Part shown: in pieces, positions 55,462 through 64,000 of the stretch
How positions within the stretch are numbered: the stretch's first letter is position 1
Layout of the letters: each line of letters opens with the position of its first letter
Source: an uncultured Candidatus Saccharibacteria bacterium
GTDB taxonomy: Bacteria > Patescibacteriota > Minisyncoccia > Phycocordibacterales > JACOZG01
Assembly (NCBI GenBank): GCA_965230925.1
Contig: OZ246403.1
Location: forward strand, 138,455 to 202,454
DNA: 64,000 nucleotides
Direction of reading: 5' to 3'
The notes under the pieces: generated by a model
The model's database searches: none
Told to the model about the DNA's origin: nothing
What the model saw: only the letters and a program-made list of their open reading frames with translations
Translations under genes and position numbers: made by a program

Positions 55462-56226
55462 CTAATTATATTTGGGCACGCCGGGATTAATTGTTTCCAT
55501 CTTTATATCATGAAAGTGCGCTTCTTGCCGCACATCGAGGAGACCGCGGCGCACGAGCTCCAGCATCCCGAGGAAGCTCACAATCACATTCACCTTCTCT
55601 TTTTTATCCTTCACAAATTCGCGGAAGCTAAGGTTAAGCGCGCGCTCGGCACGCGAGGCGAGATCGGTAATCACTTCTTCGAGACTAATCACTTTCTTAA
55701 TCACCACCTGCGCGAGCTTCTCGGGCACGGGCAAAGCTTGGAGCAAACTTTTAATCGCTTGCGCCAAGTTACTCAAAATAATTTCTGGCGTCACCGTAAA
55801 GACAGGTTCAACATTTCTCGCTTCCTGCTTGAAAAAAATAGGTTGCGCGCCCCAGGCCTCCTTCAACCTCGGCACAGCATCACGAATCGCCTGATACATC
55901 TTGAGCCGTCGCTCGAGTTCCTCCACACTCGCCTTCTCTTCTTCACTCAATTGCAGCGTGGGCAAAAGCGTGACTGACTTAATGAGCATCAACGTTGCGG
56001 CCACGAGAATAAAATCCGCAATCGCCGACATGTTGGCCGTAGACTCAAACCGCTTCAAATATTCCACATAATCATCCGTCACCTTGGCGAGCGCCACTTC
56101 GCTCACATGCAACTTCTTCCGCTCAATCAAATCAAGAATGAGCTCGAGCGGCCCCTCATATTCCCCCACCTTCACACTAAAATCATTAGTCATTTTTACC
56201 CCAGAACTATAACTTTTTTTCACCAC
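55462..56226 (-). CDS. scpA: segregation and condensation protein A (kleisin)
   Basis: EGPLELILDLIERKKL kleisin N-terminal motif. Confidence 0.85.
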   Translation of the reverse strand: MVKKSYSSGVKMTNDFSVKVGEYEGPLELILDLIERKKLHVSEVALAKVTDDYVEYLKRFESTANMSAIADFILVAATLMLIKSVTLLPTLQLSEEEKASVEELERRLKMYQAIRDAVPRLKEAWGAQPIFFKQEARNVEPVFTVTPEIILSNLAQAIKSLLQALPVPEKLAQVVIKKVISLEEVITDLASRAERALNLSFREFVKDKKEKVNVIVSFLGMLELVRRGLLDVRQEAHFHDIKMETINPGVPKYN

Positions 56227-56237
56227 CTATTCGAGGG

Positions 56238-56402
56238 TTGACAAAAAAATTTGATGTGATAGTTTAAAAGGAGCTCGAATTGAGTCCTCGACACCTCGTT
56301 TCCGAGCGGCTAAGTGAGATTAGTGCCTCGTTTTCCCTTTGAGGTGTCCAGTGATTCTGACCCCCGTGTGCTGTGAACCAGCCGCGGGGTGTTTTATTTT
56401 TT
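56238..56402 (+). ncRNA. candidate small RNA (about 130 nt) with promoter-like TTGACA-N16-TAGTTT and intrinsic terminator, antisense-convergent to the aspS 3' end
   Basis: No protein ORF; internal long-range pairing cgacacctc/gaggtgtc; terminal hairpin ccccgtg..cgcgggg + TGTTTTATTTTTT. Confidence 0.25.
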
Positions 56403-57821
56403 GATGTTTAAACCCAACTCTTTAAGTTGCTTGTCTTCAATCTCGCTCGGCGCGTCCATCATGAGGTCGCGGCCTTCGCCGGTTTTGGGGAAGGCAATTA
56501 CTTCGCGGATATTCGGTTCACCGAGGAGCAAGGTCACAAGGCGATCTAAGCCCCATGCAATGCCCCCATGCGGCGGGCAACCCGAACCGAGCGCTGCGAG
56601 CATATGACCAAAGTTGCGCTCGATCCGATCATTTTCATATCCCAAAATTTCAAACACTTTCCGCAAAGCTTCCGGTGCGTGATTGCGAATACTGCCACCA
56701 CCAATTTCAAAGCCATTGAGCGCCACGTCGTATTGGCTCGTGAGAATCTCACCAATTTTTTCTTTATTCACCAGCCAGTCTTTATGCTCCGGCTGCGGCG
56801 CGGAGAATGGATTGTGCGTAAAGGTCCAAGAGCCGTCTTCAGCTTTCTCGAAGAATGGGAAGTCTACAACCCAACAAAAGGCGAGCAAATTTGGATCTTC
56901 TTTATTCTCCCGCAAATCCGGTCTATCCGTCCCATATTTCTCCATCGCCTCTTTGTAAGTGAGCCGCGGGAAAGGCTTCTCCTGAATCTTCTTCTCGGGG
57001 AAGAGTGTCTCCACAATCTTGATCAACAGTTCTTCATTGAGCGCCATCACATCCTCGCGCGTAGGGAAGCTCATCTCGAGGTCAAGCTGAGTAAACTCGG
57101 GCTGGCGATCGCCGCGCGTGTCTTCATCGCGGAAGCAACGCGCAATTTGGAAATATTTCTCTAGACCGGCGGCCATCAGGAGCTGCTTGTATTGCTGGGG
57201 CGATTGCGGCAAGGCATAAAACTTGCCTTGGTAAAGGCGAGACGGTACCACGTAATCGCGCGCGCCTTCGGGCGTACTCTTGGTGAGAATCGGCGTCTCC
57301 ACTTCGGTAAAACTTTTCTCAGACAAGTGATCGCGAATCAACTTCACCACCGCGTGACGACTACGCAAATTGTTTTGTAAACGCGCTCGGCGCAAGTCTA
57401 AGTAACGATATTTTAGCCGTGTCTCCTCGCCCACCTCGCGACCGTCGGTCGAGATATCAAGCGCCGGCGTCTCGGCTTCATTGAGAATTTCAATTTCCAA
57501 AAGTTCAATCTCGATATCGCCGTTCATCGCGCCAGCTTTCACGTTTTTCTCCGGGCGCTTATTGACCTTCCCGCGCACGGCGATCACCCATTCCGGCCGC
57601 ACCTTATCTGCCGTCGCAAGTGCCTCGCTCTTAGGAAGCGCGACCATCTGCACCTTGCCCGTCATGTCGCGCAAATCGAGGAAAATCATTTTCCCTTGAT
57701 CCCGCCGCACATCCACCCACCCCGCGAGCCGCACCTCCTCGCCCACATGAGCGCTTAAGTCTTTAGTATAGATTCTTTCCTTCATCGCGAGCATGATAGC
57801 AAAAACCCGTTTGAGACACAA
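56394..57821 (-). CDS. aspS: aspartyl-tRNA synthetase (short, lacking bacterial GAD insertion)
   Basis: OB-fold N-domain, class II motifs incl. FRDE, QLDLEMSF; about 465 aa. Confidence 0.85.
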   Translation of the reverse strand: MCLKRVFAIMLAMKERIYTKDLSAHVGEEVRLAGWVDVRRDQGKMIFLDLRDMTGKVQMVALPKSEALATADKVRPEWVIAVRGKVNKRPEKNVKAGAMNGDIEIELLEIEILNEAETPALDISTDGREVGEETRLKYRYLDLRRARLQNNLRSRHAVVKLIRDHLSEKSFTEVETPILTKSTPEGARDYVVPSRLYQGKFYALPQSPQQYKQLLMAAGLEKYFQIARCFRDEDTRGDRQPEFTQLDLEMSFPTREDVMALNEELLIKIVETLFPEKKIQEKPFPRLTYKEAMEKYGTDRPDLRENKEDPNLLAFCWVVDFPFFEKAEDGSWTFTHNPFSAPQPEHKDWLVNKEKIGEILTSQYDVALNGFEIGGGSIRNHAPEALRKVFEILGYENDRIERNFGHMLAALGSGCPPHGGIAWGLDRLVTLLLGEPNIREVIAFPKTGEGRDLMMDAPSEIEDKQLKELGLNIKK

Positions 57822-57876
57822 AAGAGGGGGAAGCGCGCAGCTTCCCCCGTGGTTTCATCTTCCCGCCCAACTTTCG

Positions 57877-58398
57877 TCAGGCTGCCAACCCCATCGCTCC
57901 CGCCATTATCTCAACCGTCTGGTTAACGGTCAGATAAGTGGTGTTGATAATTAGATCATAGTGATCTGGATCAGCCCAATTACGAATCTTGTAGAACCTC
58001 TTGTACCGCCTGGCGATAGATGCCTCACGGGCCAAGGTTTGCCGTTTTGCCTTCGCAAAAGAGATTTTCTCACGACTCGCAACACGCCAGAATCGCACCT
58101 CGTCGTTGCAAACAAGGAGAATACGAAGGGTGTGTCTGCCGCGCTTCAGTGCTCTCCAAGACAAACGCCCATCAAGCGCTCGTTTACCACGACCCCGGAA
58201 AAATCGTTCCGAACGCTCATCAACTTGTGTGTCGACGCTTGAATCGTTCTCGGTTGATTCTTCAAACTCGGTAAAATCACTGTAACCAGATTCCCGGAAT
58301 ATCTGACGGAAGTAACCCCCGGCAGATTTAACCTGACAACCAAGTTTGGCGAGCTTGTCTAAAGCCGCACTCTTGCCAACCCCGGCACCACCGCTCAC
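57877..58398 (-). CDS. cytidylate-kinase-like P-loop NMP kinase (archaeal-type Cmk-like)
   Basis: GTG start; P-loop SGGAGVGKS; overall NMP-kinase layout with LID-region arginines. Confidence 0.5.
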   Translation of the reverse strand: MSGGAGVGKSAALDKLAKLGCQVKSAGGYFRQIFRESGYSDFTEFEESTENDSSVDTQVDERSERFFRGRGKRALDGRLSWRALKRGRHTLRILLVCNDEVRFWRVASREKISFAKAKRQTLAREASIARRYKRFYKIRNWADPDHYDLIINTTYLTVNQTVEIMAGAMGLAA

Positions 58399-58519
58399 CG
58401 AAATGAGCCTGATTTGGGAACGAGGCTGGTGAGCCTTCGTCTTTGTTTTTATGCGTTTTTTGAAGACGCACCTCCTCTCTCTAAAAACAACGTTCTAGTT
58501 AAACTGGCTCTAAACTAAT

Positions 58520-59398
58520 ATGCTGTGGCGGTCTTGTCAAACAGTAACTCGCCTGGTACGCTGGCGGGACTTTATTCTGATGACCAAAATTCTCGATGGA
58601 AAAATGTTGAGTCAAAGCATTGCGGCCAAGTTGCGCCAAGCAATTAAAAAGCGTGGCAAGATCCCCACCCTCGCAATTATTCAAGTGGGCGACGTTCGTG
58701 CCTCCACCGCGTTTATCAATCGCAAGAAAGCGTTCGGCGAGCAGATTGGCGCGCGCGTACTTCATCGCCAATTCCCTGCGCGCGCTACCGAGCGGCAAGT
58801 TCTTGATGTCATTAAGAATTACAATGAAGACCGAACAGTTCACGGCATTATTGTGCAATTGCCTTTGCCATCTCATCTCGATAAAACCCGGATTATCGAG
58901 GCTATCGACCCGCAGAAAGACGTGGACGGTCTCACAAGCGCGAATATGAAGCTCCTCCTCGAAGGCAAGCCGGGCATCGTGCCGGCCACCACGCGCGGCA
59001 TTCTTACCCTTCTTGATCATTATCACCTCCCGCTCGCGGGTAAGCGCGTGGTGATCATTGGTCGTTCAACCTTAGTAGGCAAGCCTACCGCGATCGCTTT
59101 CCTTAATCACCATGCCACGGTCACCCTTTGCCACCGCCAAACGCGCAATCTAGCTCAAATTACCAAAACCGCTGATATTCTCATCGTTGCCGCAGGCCAC
59201 GCCAAGCTCATTACTCCGCGCCATGTTTCGCCGAAGCAAATTATTATTGATGTGGGAATTAATCCTCAAACCAAAGGCGTAATTGGTGACGTGGATCCGC
59301 GGGTAAGAACTCTGGTTCGCGCCATTAGCCCCGTCCCCAGCGGCGTTGGTCCCATGACCATCGCTTCTCTCTTCCAAAACTTAGTCGAGAACTATTGA
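58520..59398 (+). CDS. folD: bifunctional methylenetetrahydrofolate dehydrogenase/cyclohydrolase
   Basis: FolD catalytic and NAD(P)-binding motifs (DVDGL, GRSTLVGKP); true start probably MTKILDG about 58580. Confidence 0.85.
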   Translation: MLWRSCQTVTRLVRWRDFILMTKILDGKMLSQSIAAKLRQAIKKRGKIPTLAIIQVGDVRASTAFINRKKAFGEQIGARVLHRQFPARATERQVLDVIKNYNEDRTVHGIIVQLPLPSHLDKTRIIEAIDPQKDVDGLTSANMKLLLEGKPGIVPATTRGILTLLDHYHLPLAGKRVVIIGRSTLVGKPTAIAFLNHHATVTLCHRQTRNLAQITKTADILIVAAGHAKLITPRHVSPKQIIIDVGINPQTKGVIGDVDPRVRTLVRAISPVPSGVGPMTIASLFQNLVENY

Positions 59399-61185
59399 TG
59401 CAAACCAATTTGCAGTTCGTAGAGATGGCGATAGACGCCGTCTTTTTTCTTCACCAATTCATCATGCGTTCCCGATTCCACAATTTCCCCTTCTTGGAAG
59501 ACGAGAATCCGATCAGCGCGACGCACCGTGCTCAAGCGGTGAGCGATAATGAAAGTTGTGCGACCAGCCATCAGTTCCGCGAGCGATTCGGTAATTAATT
59601 TTTCTGATTCAGCATCAAGAGCCGACGTCGGCTCATCGAGAATCAAGATTTTTGGATCGCGTAAAATGGCCCTCGCAATTGCCACGCGTTGTTTCTGACC
59701 TACCGAGAGTTTAATCCCCCGCTCACCCACCAAAGTCCCATAACCTTGGGGCAATTTCTCCACAAATTCGGTTAAGTGCGCCTTCTCGGCCGCCGCTTTA
59801 ATTTGCTCATCGGTAACGGCGAAGGATCCGTAATGAATATTGGTTTTTAGGCTGTCATTGAAGAGTGCCACTTCTTGCGGCACCACCGCAATCTGCTGAC
59901 GAAGTTCCGTAAGACTCACCTGCGCCGTGTTCTTGCCATCAATCAAAACTTCCCCCGCAGTAGGGAAATAGTAGCCGGAGATGAGTGAGATAAATGTACT
60001 CTTGCCTACACCCGATTTGCCGACCAAGGCAATCACCTCGCCTGGCTTCACTTCCAAATTAATGTTCTTCAACACCGGCGGCTGATCTGCACCGTAACCG
60101 AAAGAAGCATTCTTGAACGCAATAGCCCCAGAAATTTTCCCCAGCGCCACCGCATTTTCCGGCTCGTATTTCTCTTCCGGCTCTTGGAAAATCTCTTCAG
60201 CATGAGCCGCAGCAATCACTCCGTTTTGCATGACTTGCCAGCTATAACCCAAGGAAACAAACGGACCAAAGAACATGGCCGCATAGCTATTAAGAGCCAC
60301 CAATTCACCAATAGAAATTGACCCAGACGCCACAAACTTAACGGAAAAAATAAAAATAGTGAGCTGGGTTAAGAAAACGATAAACCGCTGAAAGAATCCA
60401 ACATTACTCCAAATATGATCGAGCTTTGACCAGATTGATCTCGTTCTTCGAAGAAGCGCATCATCAACTTTTTTCATTTCGTATTCCTCCGTGGCCGCCT
60501 GTTTAACACTCTCAATTTGGTGAACAGCCGCGGCTGCCTCGTCCCACCCTTCATTCCACGATCGATGAGACTCCGAATCAACCCTGGCAACGGAACGCAA
60601 AATCTTGAAGAGCAAGAGAAGATACAAAATCACACCAACCACCAAAACGGCCGACAAAAAAGCGTTGATGCTAGCAGCAAGCACTAAACCCACCACCACA
60701 CTGAGAAGTTGTGGAACAATATTAACTAGATTTCTGAGAATTGCCGCCACTCGCCAACCGGCCTGGCTAATTTTCTGCAAAGCACCGTTCACATGAACAT
60801 TCTTGTGGTAAGACAAAGGCAGACGGAAAAGATGAGAAAAGGCGTTCACCTGAATGCCGATGTGAGATTCAAGATCAATTTTACGCTTGCGGCGATCCAT
60901 GAACCAGTCATTCAAGGTTGTGATGATTTGAACTATGGCCCAAAAACCCAAAATGACTTGCCACAAGGGAATAGATCGCCACACATTTAGTTCTCCTTGA
61001 GAAATCTGGATCAAAATATCAAAAAATCTCCCGGTAATGTATGGCACGGAACCGTTGACGATAGCTGAAACGACGCCCAACACAGACAAAATCACCACTT
61101 GTGATTTAAATGGTTGAAGGTGGCGCCATACGGCGCGGATTCCGGCCCGGATCTCGCCGGGTTTTATTTCATAATCTTGAGTCAT
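59392..61185 (-). CDS. ABC exporter, fused permease/ATPase (MsbA/type I exporter-like)
   Basis: 6-TM domain plus NBD with Walker A GKSGVGKST, signature LSVGQKQR, Walker B ILILDE. Confidence 0.85.
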   Translation of the reverse strand: MTQDYEIKPGEIRAGIRAVWRHLQPFKSQVVILSVLGVVSAIVNGSVPYITGRFFDILIQISQGELNVWRSIPLWQVILGFWAIVQIITTLNDWFMDRRKRKIDLESHIGIQVNAFSHLFRLPLSYHKNVHVNGALQKISQAGWRVAAILRNLVNIVPQLLSVVVGLVLAASINAFLSAVLVVGVILYLLLLFKILRSVARVDSESHRSWNEGWDEAAAAVHQIESVKQAATEEYEMKKVDDALLRRTRSIWSKLDHIWSNVGFFQRFIVFLTQLTIFIFSVKFVASGSISIGELVALNSYAAMFFGPFVSLGYSWQVMQNGVIAAAHAEEIFQEPEEKYEPENAVALGKISGAIAFKNASFGYGADQPPVLKNINLEVKPGEVIALVGKSGVGKSTFISLISGYYFPTAGEVLIDGKNTAQVSLTELRQQIAVVPQEVALFNDSLKTNIHYGSFAVTDEQIKAAAEKAHLTEFVEKLPQGYGTLVGERGIKLSVGQKQRVAIARAILRDPKILILDEPTSALDAESEKLITESLAELMAGRTTFIIAHRLSTVRRADRILVFQEGEIVESGTHDELVKKKDGVYRHLYELQIGLHQ

Positions 61186-61188
61186 AAT

Positions 61189-62181
61189 TTAATCTAGACC
61201 AACCAACTTCCGAACTTCTTGCATCTTCGCTCCCGCCACGGCTCGTGCTTTCTCGGCACCAGCGGCCAAAATTTCTTTCACTCTCTCGGGATTCTTCACA
61301 ATCTCCTTTCGCTTCTCGCGGAGTGGTGCCAAGTAAGCATTCATATTGTTGAACAAGATTTCTTTCGACTCCGCGTAACCAATTCCGCCTTCTTTGTACC
61401 GCCGCGTCAGCTCAGGCAAATCTTTCTCACTGAAAAGTTTATGGAAGGCAAAGACATTGCACGTTTCCGGATCCTTCACTTCCTCCACACCTTTCGAGTC
61501 CGTTTTGATACTCATGACCAATTTCTTCATTTCTTCAGGCTCAGAGAAAAGCGGGATGGTATTACCATAACTCTTACTCATCTTCTCACCGTCGAGACCC
61601 ATCACCGTTTTTACATTCTCCTCAATTAGGGGGGCAGGGAGTTTGAACGCTTCGCCATACACGCGATTAAATTTCTCCGCAATATCGCGCGTAATCTCGA
61701 GGTGTTGCTTCTGATCTTGACCCACCGGCACCACGTCGGGACTGTAGAGCAAGATATCGGTCGCCATCAGCACCGGGTAATCGAAGAGACCCATATTCAC
61801 TTCCTTATTCCGTGCCTCAGCGTCCTTGAAGGCGTGAGCCCGAGAAAGATAAGGCACCGTCACGAGACAATTGAAAATCCAAGCAAGCTCAGCGTGCGCC
61901 GGCACGGCCGATTGACGGAAGAGAACAACACGTTCAGGGTCGAGGCCAATGGTGAGGTAATCAATCGCGAGATCAAGCGTTGACTGCTGAAGCACCGCGG
62001 CATCACTCACCGTAGTGAGCGCATGGAGATCAGCAAGCATGATGAAAGAACGGTACTCGTTTTGAAGATCGACAAATTGCTTCATCGCGCCAAAATAATT
62101 ACCGATATGCGGCCGACCGGTCGGCTTCACGCCCGACAGTAAAATTTTCTGTTCTTTATTCATTTTTAACTCCCAGATCAT
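61189..62181 (-). CDS. trpS: tryptophanyl-tRNA synthetase
   Basis: HIGN (HIGH) and KMSKS motifs; TrpRS length and layout. Confidence 0.9.
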   Translation of the reverse strand: MIWELKMNKEQKILLSGVKPTGRPHIGNYFGAMKQFVDLQNEYRSFIMLADLHALTTVSDAAVLQQSTLDLAIDYLTIGLDPERVVLFRQSAVPAHAELAWIFNCLVTVPYLSRAHAFKDAEARNKEVNMGLFDYPVLMATDILLYSPDVVPVGQDQKQHLEITRDIAEKFNRVYGEAFKLPAPLIEENVKTVMGLDGEKMSKSYGNTIPLFSEPEEMKKLVMSIKTDSKGVEEVKDPETCNVFAFHKLFSEKDLPELTRRYKEGGIGYAESKEILFNNMNAYLAPLREKRKEIVKNPERVKEILAAGAEKARAVAGAKMQEVRKLVGLD

Positions 62182-62294
62182 ATCAAATTACTAAAGACTT
62201 GACAAACAATGTTTAAAAGGTTAATTTACCCATCAGGTTGTACACCCCAGGCTGTCTGGGAGCTCTAAATTCCGGTTTTCAACAAGGGAGTGTT

Positions 62295-62459
62295 GTGGTG
62301 AAGATTTCAGGGAAGCTTATCTTAACGGTAATAGCAACAATCGCCATCGGCCTGCTGACCGCGCAAGGGGTTCGAGAGATTATTTTGGACCAGCTTTACG
62401 AGCACCACTGCTTCGATGATGAAGGGTTCGAAGTGGTCGTGGTGCTAGCGACTAATTAG
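62295..62459 (+). CDS. small single-TM protein (about 54 aa)
   Basis: GTG start with SD AAGGGAG; hydrophobic helix LILTVIATIAIGLL; strong terminator follows. Confidence 0.3.
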   Translation: MVKISGKLILTVIATIAIGLLTAQGVREIILDQLYEHHCFDDEGFEVVVVLATN

Positions 62460-62493
62460 CGAGCGTCAACCCTCGGGAGGGAATATCCCCGGA

Positions 62494-62532
62494 CCCGGCG
62501 TCACATGAAGTGACGCCGGGCGTTTTGTGTTT
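62494..62532 (+). terminator. rho-independent terminator
   Basis: cccggcgtcac-atgaa-gtgacgccggg + CGTTTTGTGTTT. Confidence 0.7.
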
Positions 62533-62639
62533 GCTGATTATAAACAAATAAGCTAGACTAAATCGGCTAGTGGGTCTTTGAAAGACATTCGCCTGTAGGC
62601 AATGCAAGAGATCCGCGCTTATCAATTGGGAGGAACTTA

Positions 62640-63293
62640 ATGTTTCCTAAACTGTTTAGTGTTCTCCTGGTCTCGATCACCAGCTTAGCAAGTCTAAGCG
62701 GGAAGGAAGCGGTCGAGAAAAACGAAAGGACCACACCTCAAAAACTTGGAGGCATCGAACTACCCTTCGTCGGCGAAGGTTCCCTCGGTATGGTTGAGAA
62801 CGAGGATGGATCACGCGAGTGGATCATCGGAGTAAAAGTCAGCGAAGCAGAAAAGGCGGAGCTGGCTTGGTTCTTTGATCCTGGCGAAGGAACTCTCGAC
62901 GGCAACGGGCTCCCCAAGGAAGAGTTCGTTTTCGCGGGAGGGTTAGATATCGCCGTTGATGAAGATGGGACACTAACCATCGGCATACTCAACGAGGAAA
63001 CGAACGCCTTCCACGAACTCCGAACCAGTTTCTGGTCAGACACTGGTGACGGAGGATACCGAGTGACCGACAACGAGCAAGGTCAGGTGTTAGTAACAAC
63101 ACCAAGTGGCCCAATCGAAAACAATTCGGAGCTCTTCGCCGACAGTGGCGAGAGTTGTGCGGGTGGCAGCTGTTCATGCGAAGGAAAATGCAAGGCGTGT
63201 TGCCCGTCTGGCACAACGGCATATTGCAATTGTTCCGGGTCCGGCACATGCAGGTGCCCCGCGAATAAGGAGATCAACACCCCCTCACAGTAG
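62640..63293 (+). CDS. secreted protein with C-terminal cysteine-rich tail (12 Cys in about 35 aa)
   Basis: SD GGGAGG 7 nt before the ATG; signal peptide MFPKLFSVLLVSITSLASLSG; tail SCAGGSCSCEGKCKACCPSGTTAYCNCSGSGTCRCP. Confidence 0.5.
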   Translation: MFPKLFSVLLVSITSLASLSGKEAVEKNERTTPQKLGGIELPFVGEGSLGMVENEDGSREWIIGVKVSEAEKAELAWFFDPGEGTLDGNGLPKEEFVFAGGLDIAVDEDGTLTIGILNEETNAFHELRTSFWSDTGDGGYRVTDNEQGQVLVTTPSGPIENNSELFADSGESCAGGSCSCEGKCKACCPSGTTAYCNCSGSGTCRCPANKEINTPSQ

Positions 63294-63321
63294 TTAAGGA
63301 GGTGATCGAGTATCTAGGTTG

Positions 63322-63358
63322 GCCCCCGCGCTTTTTGCGCCGGGGGTCATCTTTTTTA
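63322..63358. terminator. GC-rich hairpin + T-run between convergent genes
   Basis: gcccccgcgc...gcgccggggg then TCATCTTTTTT. Confidence 0.5.
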
Positions 63359-64000
63359 TCCCAACTCAACAATAAATGTGCTCCCCTTGCCCTGCCCTTC
63401 TGATTCGGCCCAGATTTTGCCGCCATGCGCCTCCACAATTTGCTTGGCCACATAGAGCCCGAGGCCAGTGCCAATAATATTTGTCTTACCTGCATCGTGA
63501 GCACGAGAGAATTTTTCAAAAAGTTTTGGCATCGTCTCTGGCGCAATGCCAATACCCGTATCTGTGACCAATAATCTATTTTTCCCTCCTAATTTTTCTA
63601 ATCTCACCTTAATAGAGCCCGCGTGGGTATACTTCATCGCATTATCAATTAAATTAGAGACCACCTGACTAATCTTGCCCGAATCAGCCTTAACCTTAAA
63701 TTCCTCTGGCGCCGCTTCAAAACTAATCTTCAGCTTATTGCGCTCCACCGTTGGTTTAACGTCCCTCACAATCGCCTCCGTGAGCGCCTTAAAGTCGATC
63801 TCTGCCATCTCATACTTCATCGTCCCCAGCTCAATGCGTGTAATGTTAAGAAAGTCCTCAATCACCACCACCAGCTTCTGACTCGACTGGAAGATCCTCC
63901 CCACCGCCTCCGCCGCCTTCTCCGAGAGCGGACCAAATGACCCCTCAAGAAGCATTGACGCATACCCCTTCACCGAAGTCAGTGGACTCCTTAGCTGGTG
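63356..64000 (-). CDS. sensor histidine kinase, C-terminal HisKA + HATPase_c portion (5' part beyond window end)
   Basis: H-box region, N, G1 (DTGIGI) and G2 (GTGLGL) boxes. Confidence 0.8.
   Translation of the reverse strand, partial: HQLRSPLTSVKGYASMLLEGSFGPLSEKAAEAVGRIFQSSQKLVVVIEDFLNITRIELGTMKYEMAEIDFKALTEAIVRDVKPTVERNKLKISFEAAPEEFKVKADSGKISQVVSNLIDNAMKYTHAGSIKVRLEKLGGKNRLLVTDTGIGIAPETMPKLFEKFSRAHDAGKTNIIGTGLGLYVAKQIVEAHGGKIWAESEGQGKGSTFIVELG

Noticed and set aside
1-64000. CRISPR arrays, IS elements, integrases or rRNA genes
   Set aside because: No regularly spaced direct repeats, no transposase or integrase-like ORFs, and no rRNA-like conserved segments were seen anywhere in the window.

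Overview
This 64-kb window looks like part of a small, gene-dense bacterial chromosome. By inference from gene content, it is probably a reduced-genome Patescibacteria/CPR-like organism. The supporting observations are truncated aminoacyl-tRNA synthetases, a split dcw cluster, two mreB copies, many leaderless or SD-less core genes, and large proline-linker/FN3 surface proteins. I call about 70 protein genes and one tRNA-Glu(CTC). I see no rRNA, no CRISPR array, and no transposase or integrase.

Core content falls into three groups:
- Translation: fmt, def, frr, proS, lysS, cysS, gltX, aspS, trpS, rplU, rplI, rpmA.
- Replication and repair: priA, a delta-prime-like holB, dnaB, recR, rmuC, scpA/scpB, nrnA.
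- Cell envelope: murA, mreB x2, mreC/mreD/PBP2, mraZ-rsmH-ftsL-ftsI-murF, murG-ftsW-mraY, a dacA-like carboxypeptidase, M23 and SLT peptidoglycan hydrolases, ctpA, rseP.

The accessory regions of most interest are:
1. A four-gene cluster of uncharacterised membrane and surface proteins (4177-8516). The first two ORFs share a frame and are separated by a single TAA.
2. An island at 8.7-11.7 kb with two TTG-initiated paralogous polytopic membrane proteins, a tail-anchored mini-protein and a basic 335-aa protein. The 335-aa gene is bracketed by an identical 22-nt terminator tail, and all genes here carry strong Shine-Dalgarno sites, unlike the core.
3. A near-palindromic operator-like motif (TGTTGRACA-ttcaa-TGTYCAACA) present twice. 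Each copy sits upstream of a small minus-strand gene, flanking a block where rplU is uncoupled from rpmA.
4. A tRNA-Glu-adjacent segment carrying a TrmB-like wHTH regulator and an orphan LivJ-like substrate-binding protein.
5. An orphan gene inserted in the murG-ftsW block.
6. A signal-peptide protein with a 12-Cys C-terminal tail.
7. Several candidate small proteins and sRNA-like intergenic elements.
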